Assembly: GCA_037446635.1 (NCBI GenBank)
Contig: JBBIIG010000001.1
Coordinates: 228,752-292,751, forward strand
Direction of reading: 5' to 3'
Source: a bacterium
Lineage (GTDB): Bacteria; Zhuqueibacterota; Zhuqueibacteria; Oceanimicrobiales; Oceanimicrobiaceae
DNA: 64,000 nt
This document shows, piece after piece, positions 58,213 through 64,000 of the stretch. The translations under genes were made by a program, and so were the position numbers. The stretch's first letter is position 1; each line of letters opens with the position of its first letter. The notes under the pieces were generated by a model. That model was given only the letters and a program-made list of their open reading frames with translations. It was not told the DNA's origin and ran no database searches.

Positions 58213-59647
58213 GAACTGGCCGCCGCCCGTATTTTGCCATTTGCTGTGAGCTATTGCCTTTAAAACGAGTGATCCAGATTTTTTCCGTCACCAAACCATG
58301 ACGCTTTGCCAATTCAGAAAGAATCAAATCCGTGGGCACATACTCTCCCTGAAATTGCGCATTGGCGACCACTAAAGCAACCCTGCCGTCTTTTTTAAGG
58401 TAGCGCGATAAATTCTGGATGACGAGATTCATGTCTTCAAAATAACCTTGAATCATGATGGGAATGCGATTGTTGTTTAATTTCTTCTGAGCCAGCGCCT
58501 GTAAAATTTCGTCGATAGCGGGCAGGCTAATCTCTCGATCTCTGTGAACCTTCGATTCAATGTGCGAGCGCAGCAATCGGTGTCTAATATCTCGCAACTC
58601 CTCAAAAGAATCTACTGAAATGGTGCAGAGTTCCAAAGCATAGGTGCGAGAATAATCGTATCGATTCAAATAGGGTGGCGAGGTAATCACACCGGCAATC
58701 TTGCCGACATATTCCTGTGGCAGACAAAATTCCCGGGCATCGCCCTCAAAAATTTTCACTTCTGACTGGCCACTCTTGTCCGCGTCCGCTGGACGGATCC
58801 GCTCCGGCGGAAAAGCGGATCGCCTGCCTGCGCAGGCAGGGCTTTGTTGAAAAAGAAATTGTTCTTGCTGACGCAGGTCGGCGAGCATCTTTGTCAACTG
58901 CTTGCGCAGCGCTTTCTTAACCGGCGGGATTTTTTTATCTACGATTCTTAAAAATTGGCCGTCCTTTGAGGTAAAACTAACCTGCTCCAAAATGCTCAGC
59001 AAACCCAGCATCAAAAAATCACGAACAGGAGGGTCAAACTCCCTGATGACATCTTTATAAAACAAAATTTGCTGCTGCACCTCCGGCGCAAACGCTTTAT
59101 CCACAATTTGCACATCCGGGAATTTACTAACGGGTTTTTTGATAGGAAGGCATAAAAGCTTTTCAACCGACTCGGACAACCAATCCAGATCAGGCCAATC
59201 CAATAATTTTACACCGGCAACGTAAACGGCAATTGGCAGGATTTCCAGGCCAACGGCGCGATAGCCAAATTCTTTACAGGCTAAAAGAGTGGTGCCGCAA
59301 CCCGCAAACGGATCCAGTATGGCGTCATTGCTTTTGAGGCTCAATTCTTTAATGAGTAGGTGGACCAGTTCGCGGGAAAACCCTTCTTTGTATTTAAACC
59401 AATTGTAAACCGGAATGTTTTTGTTAGGTACATAAGTTACTAAATTTCGCAGATCGACTCGATTCTCAAAACAGCCGGCATAGTTATCTTCCAAAATTTT
59501 TCTTTCCTGATCTAAGCCGATGGATGATAGAGAGCCTTCGCTGATCGCACGTTTTTCAGACTTCGAAATTAGATCGGGAGTCGCCCAAAAATAAAGCTGT
59601 TCTAAATTAGGCTGCGTTACGTTTTTATTTGATTTTATCGTTGTCAT
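58166..59647 (-). CDS. N4-cytosine-type DNA methyltransferase
   Basis: WFKYKEGFS, LDPFAGCGTT (motif I), ITSPPY (motif IV). Confidence 0.9.
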   Translation of the reverse strand: MTTIKSNKNVTQPNLEQLYFWATPDLISKSEKRAISEGSLSSIGLDQERKILEDNYAGCFENRVDLRNLVTYVPNKNIPVYNWFKYKEGFSRELVHLLIKELSLKSNDAILDPFAGCGTTLLACKEFGYRAVGLEILPIAVYVAGVKLLDWPDLDWLSESVEKLLCLPIKKPVSKFPDVQIVDKAFAPEVQQQILFYKDVIREFDPPVRDFLMLGLLSILEQVSFTSKDGQFLRIVDKKIPPVKKALRKQLTKMLADLRQQEQFLFQQSPACAGRRSAFPPERIRPADADKSGQSEVKIFEGDAREFCLPQEYVGKIAGVITSPPYLNRYDYSRTYALELCTISVDSFEELRDIRHRLLRSHIESKVHRDREISLPAIDEILQALAQKKLNNNRIPIMIQGYFEDMNLVIQNLSRYLKKDGRVALVVANAQFQGEYVPTDLILSELAKRHGLVTEKIWITRFKGNSSQQMAKYGRRPVRETIVFWRKIGGAEI

Positions 59648-59673
59648 GCAAGTGTATCAAATTTCGATGGCCT

Positions 59674-59751
59674 AATTTAACAAATAATCCCACAATGTCA
59701 ACTGCAAAGACGCGGTCGAAAATTGACATTCAAACCTAATTTTTCTAAATT
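59674..59751. promoter_or_regulatory. back-to-back sigma70-type promoters
   Basis: Minus: TTGACA(59701-59696)-16-TAAATT; plus: TTGACA(59723-59728)-17-TAAATT. Confidence 0.45.
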
Positions 59752-59775
59752 CAAAACAAAAAATCGGGTGCACCT

Positions 59776-60300
59776 ATGCAAGTTCACATCAACAACAAAA
59801 TTCTGGAATTAGTCGAAGGCGATATCACCGAGCAAGCCACCGATGCCGTCGTCAATGCTGCGAATTCGTCGCTCATTTTGGGGGCCGGCGTCGCGGGCGC
59901 GATTCGCAAAAAGGGCGGTGCGGCAATTCAAGCGGAGTGCGATAAAATCGGCGGCTGCTCAGTGGGCGGCGCGGTGATCACGACTGGCGGGAATCTCAAA
60001 GCGCGGCACGTGATCCACGCCGTGGGACCAAGAATAGGCGAAGGTAATGAAGACGAGAAGCTCAAAAACGCCACGCTAAACAGTCTGAAAGTCGCCGAGG
60101 AAAACCATCTGAAAAGCATCGCGTTGCCGGCCATCAGCACCGGCATTTTTGGTTTTCCCATCGAGCGCTGCGCGGAGATTATGCTATCAACGGCCATTGA
60201 ATTTTTGAAGGGGAAAACCAAACTGGAAAAGGTAGTTTTTTGCCTCTTTGGCGAGGAAGCGTATCGCACATTCGAGAAAACGCTGACATCGAAAATCTAA
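59776..60300 (+). CDS. macro domain protein (YmdB-like)
   Basis: GDIT, VNAAN, GAGVAGAI, HAVGP, PAISTGIFGFP. Confidence 0.93.
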   Translation: MQVHINNKILELVEGDITEQATDAVVNAANSSLILGAGVAGAIRKKGGAAIQAECDKIGGCSVGGAVITTGGNLKARHVIHAVGPRIGEGNEDEKLKNATLNSLKVAEENHLKSIALPAISTGIFGFPIERCAEIMLSTAIEFLKGKTKLEKVVFCLFGEEAYRTFEKTLTSKI

Positions 60301-60444
60301 ATTGCGGTAAAGGAAAGGCGGATTGGATTGATGGATTAATGGATCGATGCAATCGCAAACTGCAAATTGCAGAAATCAAATTTCAAATTTTCTTCTCACG
60401 TCTGACGTTTGACCTCTCACGTTAATGGCGGCAAGTTAATCCGG

Positions 60445-60756
60445 TCATTTTAGAAGGACGATGGTCGCACCCCAGCCGCCGATCTCCGGCGGGGCGTCGC
60501 CGAATTCCGCCACGTGCGGATTGCTCTCCAATTCTTTACGAACGACATATTTGAGCTTGCTCTTTCCCTTGCCATGAATGATCCGCAGCCGCTGAAGTCC
60601 CAACTCAATGGCATTGTCGATAAACGCTTCGATCATTTCTGGAACTTGTTCCGGAAAGAAGCCGTGCAAATCGAGAACGTCTGTTACAATAAAATACTCG
60701 GGGAACTCCCCTTCTGCGCCATTGGAGTTCTTATCAAAGTCAGACATTGATTTCAT
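60445..60756 (-). CDS. stand-alone Smr/MutS2 domain protein
   Basis: LDLHG, IIHGKG, GGWGAT. Confidence 0.9.
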   Translation of the reverse strand: MKSMSDFDKNSNGAEGEFPEYFIVTDVLDLHGFFPEQVPEMIEAFIDNAIELGLQRLRIIHGKGKSKLKYVVRKELESNPHVAEFGDAPPEIGGWGATIVLLK

Positions 60757-61241
60757 TGGGCCTCGAGATAAACAATCTCGGGCACGTAATTGCCGTTCTC
60801 GGAAATGGTCAATAATCCCACCGCCTGTCGCAAAGAAAAACGGCGTTTGCCGGCCGAGCCCGGATTAAAAATCAACACGCCGTCTTTTTGTTGCAGTTTC
60901 GCCTCATGAGTGTGCCCGCAGATGACCAGATCGAGCTTGCCGTTCGCCAGTTTTCCCTGGGCGTTTTGCACCTGGGAAGTCTTCACGCTGATGAACTGAT
61001 GGATCATACAAATGCCGACGCCGTGAATCTCCATCGCCAGAACTTCCGGGTAGCGCGTGGACAATGGGAAGGTATCGATGTTGCCGTAAATAGCGCGCAC
61101 CGGCGCGATGGTCTCGAGGCTGGTGATAATGTCTTCCGTGCCGATATCGCCGGCGTGTAAAATCAGCTCAACTCCCTCAAACACACGGAAGACGTTGGGA
61201 TGAAGGTAACCGTGAGTATCTGCAATGACGCCAATCTTCAT
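60753..61241 (-). CDS. YfcE-like metallophosphoesterase
   Basis: DTHG, HAGD, GNID, GHTH, NPGS. Confidence 0.92.
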   Translation of the reverse strand: MKIGVIADTHGYLHPNVFRVFEGVELILHAGDIGTEDIITSLETIAPVRAIYGNIDTFPLSTRYPEVLAMEIHGVGICMIHQFISVKTSQVQNAQGKLANGKLDLVICGHTHEAKLQQKDGVLIFNPGSAGKRRFSLRQAVGLLTISENGNYVPEIVYLEAQ

Positions 61242-61335
61242 GTTGCTTCAGAGAGTTTCAAGGGATGCGAAAATAGGAAAGGGCAACACAAGAAGCAAGT
61301 TAAATCTGTCAACTTATTTCACCACGTCCTAACTT

Positions 61336-62997
61336 TCACTTCAAGAGCTGCCCCAATACTTTTCCCTGAACGCTCCCCGGAAACGGGACTTGCAACAGCG
61401 CCGCCAGAGTGGGCGCGATGTCAACAATGGCAACTTGTTCATAATAGATGCCCGGTTTAACACCCACCCCAAACCACATCAGTGGAACGTGGCGGTCGTA
61501 ATCCCAGGTGGAGCCGTGAGTGGTGCCGGCCTCATCGTTGCTATCCAGGTTGTAAGGTTTCAGTTGAAAATACACGCTGCCCGAGCGCGTGGGGAAAAAG
61601 CTGCGCAGCACCCGCCGTCCCAGTTCGTCCGCTACCCAGCCGTTTGCCAATTGCGTCCAGGTAAAGACCGTCAGAACCTGCGGTTGCTTTAGAAGAAAAT
61701 CTTTGAGAGCATTCTCGGCGGCTTCGGATGCGACTCCTTTTTCTGCGAGGACCCCTGGGTTCAAATAAATGCTTGTGCCCTCATTTGCCATGATCCAGGT
61801 TAGGCCGTCGTCCAGCGTACCGAACGCCTGACTCAAAGCCTTTTCGCCGGCCGCGACGATCTCATCCGTGTCAACTCGATGCACGTCGGCGTTGGGATTT
61901 TGTCCAAGTATGATCTCGGGTGTATCGGCCACGCCGTGATCGCCCGTCAAAACCAGCGTGCAGTTGGCCAGCCCAACTTTTTGATCGATGAATCGAAACA
62001 AATCCTCCAAAACTCGATCGGTGCGAATGGTCATGTCCATCACTTCGTGGCTGTTGGGGCCGTAGGCGTGGCCCACTCCATCATTTGCGGAAAAGCCAAT
62101 GCACAAAATATCGGTGAAGTTTCGCTGTCCCAGCTTTTCAGCGACCAGCGCGGTTTTAGCGAAATCCGCCAGCAGCTCATTTCCAAACGGCGATTTGCGG
62201 AGGGCGTCGAAATAATCGCCGTTCATCACCTTTTGTCCGCCATCGATCACATGCGGAAAAGTGGCATCCATGCCGTCTTTGGCCTCCTCACCGGGGGCGT
62301 CGTCTTCTCCCTGGCGGGCGTATTCAGCTTCCGGCAGCAACTTCTCCCAGGTTTTTCCAAAAAAAGAATTGGCCGCGCCGGAGGCGTTGTATTGTTTCAC
62401 CCACTCTGGAAGATCATCAAAATAATAGGTCGATGACACAAACGCGGAATCGGCCAGCCAGTAGGCGCCATCGGCCAACTTCCCACCCATCAAAATGGCC
62501 GAACGATCTTTGAGGGAAACCGCAATCACTTTCGATTGGCCGGCGTTGGTCAATTGAAGTACGTCGCCGAGGGTCATCGCAAAAAAGTTTTTTGGCGAAC
62601 GCCCCTCCTTTTGGGCGCCAAGAATTTTCACGGCGGGATCTTCCACGCAATAAACTTTTTTACCGGTTTGAACATCGAACCAATTGTTGGAAATGATGCC
62701 GTTCACGCTGGGGTGCGCGCCGCTGGTGATCACCGAATGCCCCGGCGCGGTCGTGGTGATGGCGTGCGCCTGCTGAGCGGCCACAAAATTCGCCCCCTGT
62801 TTGAGAAACAAGTTGAATCCGCCGGCGCCGAAATGATCGCTGAAGCGGGTCACATAATCGTAACGGAATTGATCGATGCTGATAATCACTACTAATTTTG
62901 GTTTCTCCACAGCTGGCGGGCTGAAAGCCTCTGGTGGATAAGCTAACAGGTCGAGGTGAAAAGCCAGCATCAGAGCGGAGACATAAAATTTGTGCAT
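61336..62997 (-). CDS. alkaline phosphatase superfamily protein (PafA-like)
   Basis: IDQFRYDY, TAPGH (Thr nucleophile), KDRSAI, D.VGHAYGP, TGDHG, THGS..YDRHVP. Confidence 0.92.
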   Translation of the reverse strand: MHKFYVSALMLAFHLDLLAYPPEAFSPPAVEKPKLVVIISIDQFRYDYVTRFSDHFGAGGFNLFLKQGANFVAAQQAHAITTTAPGHSVITSGAHPSVNGIISNNWFDVQTGKKVYCVEDPAVKILGAQKEGRSPKNFFAMTLGDVLQLTNAGQSKVIAVSLKDRSAILMGGKLADGAYWLADSAFVSSTYYFDDLPEWVKQYNASGAANSFFGKTWEKLLPEAEYARQGEDDAPGEEAKDGMDATFPHVIDGGQKVMNGDYFDALRKSPFGNELLADFAKTALVAEKLGQRNFTDILCIGFSANDGVGHAYGPNSHEVMDMTIRTDRVLEDLFRFIDQKVGLANCTLVLTGDHGVADTPEIILGQNPNADVHRVDTDEIVAAGEKALSQAFGTLDDGLTWIMANEGTSIYLNPGVLAEKGVASEAAENALKDFLLKQPQVLTVFTWTQLANGWVADELGRRVLRSFFPTRSGSVYFQLKPYNLDSNDEAGTTHGSTWDYDRHVPLMWFGVGVKPGIYYEQVAIVDIAPTLAALLQVPFPGSVQGKVLGQLLK

Positions 62998-63051
62998 GAA
63001 TTCGAGATCCTTATTTTAAAGTGAGGGTCTGAACTCTGGCAGGAAGTGATT

Positions 63052-63128
<77 letters not shown>

Positions 63129-63240
63129 GCACAGAAAAGCTAGTGGGCAAAGCCCTGCCGGCGCACGCCGGCGATCCGCTTCGCGAACACGACTAATTTA
63201 GAAAAGGTTTGCTGAATATCAAGCATTTTCACTACGCGCT

Positions 63241-63705
63241 TTAATTAAAGTGAACTTTTAAGCTGTCCACCTCCATCCGATGGCGAAATTGAATGTCGAC
63301 GAAAAACGCGCCATCTCTCGGCTGACCCTCCCACCCAGCTTTCACTTCTTCTTCGTTAAGAAAAAGCGTGGCGGGCATTAAGGGGGAAACGATCGTGACA
63401 TGGTTTTCATGACCTGTAAAAGCGCGCAACAGCAGAATGAGCATTTTTCGATTTGAATCATAACTGGCAGAAATTAGCCGCGCTTCCGTGCTGGCAAGAT
63501 ATGGAAGCAGCGGCAACCCCAAGTCGATTTCAACATTCGCAGCTTTCGACATTTGTTACGGAATCACGGCCGAAGGATAGGGCTCGTTATCATACAAAAT
63601 CTGCCTGATGTGCTCGCCCGTTCCTTTTATTGCAACACTCAAGTTAATGCCGTCGGCTGTGAGTTGGAATCGCCGCATGGATTCATCTCGGAGATGAGCA
63701 CAAGA
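63241..63705 (-). pseudogene. 3' remnant of a larger gene, truncated at the CRISPR trailer
   Basis: ORF 63241-63552 is preceded in frame by ..DESMRRFQLTADGINLSVAIKGTGEHIRQILYDNEPYPSAVIP*Q; the frame runs up to the last repeat. Confidence 0.5.
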
Positions 63706-64000
63706 GTTTCACTGCTTGTTTTGATGGATGTCATTCCCCCGCTTGGACTGCGCAAGCCATGCTTGCGCCTTGCGTGTCCATGCGTGTCCACGTTTCAATC
63801 CTTGTTTTGATGGATGTCATTCCCCCGCCGTCGCAGACAGCAATGAGCAGACGACCACGACAAGTTTCAATCCTTGTTTTGATGGATGTCATTCCCCCGC
63901 TCTTGGCGCGGCGGATTCGCTGGACTGGCCGGCGTTGTTTCAATCCTTGTTTTGATGGATGTCATTCCCCCGCTTGGACTGCGCAAGCCATGCTTGCGCC
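63706..64000 (-). CRISPR. CRISPR array, trailer end; continues beyond the window
   Basis: 37-bp repeat GTTTCAATCCTTGTTTTGATGGATGTCATTCCCCCGC at 63792, 63864 and 63937, plus a degenerate copy at 63706; spacers 49, 35, 36 and >=27 nt; reverse complement ends ATTGAAAC. Confidence 0.96.

Noticed and set aside
59776..60756. Macro domain and Smr genes as part of a defence system with the R-M pair
   Set aside because: Both are ordinary stand-alone housekeeping-type proteins in separate transcription units; there is no DarT-like toxin
63829..63936. Self-targeting by spacers 2 and 3
   Set aside because: No match noticed within the window by eye; a real search is needed
63553..63955. Short ORFs over the right end
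   Set aside because: Translations of CRISPR repeats and spacers

Overview
Bacterial chromosomal window. The C-terminal 'QNYPNPFNP' sorting domains and general gene content suggest an FCB-associated lineage such as KSB1, Calditrichota or Ignavibacteria; this is inference only. The core is a near-complete heme biosynthesis operon on the minus strand (hemA-C-D-E-N-H-Y-B-[PIN gene, vapBC]-L). It is divergent from a porin / FMN-binding protein / membrane protein / cytochrome c-FTR1 iron-uptake unit. Next to these lies a two-gene unit: a HemX/CcsA-like membrane protein, and a sigma54 enhancer-binding protein whose ~335-aa N-terminal input domain is a catalytically dead glutamyl-tRNA reductase (HemA) paralogue. 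A sigma54-type promoter and a candidate enhancer palindrome sit directly upstream of the real hemA. This pseudo-HemA/HemX-like/sigma54 circuit is the best candidate for an undescribed system. Other content: an ABC transporter, three SulP transporters (two are SulP-STAS-cNMP paralogues flanking AT-rich cargo), two GH13 enzymes, two copies of a 'signal-peptide S74-chaperone fibre + small sorting-domain partner' module, peptidases, decaying toxin-antitoxin genes, a type II restriction-modification pair, tRNA-Ile2(CAU), the trailer end of a CRISPR array, and many palindromic or short-period repeats, some inserted in frame in genes. All calls are by eye from sequence motifs; no searches were run.
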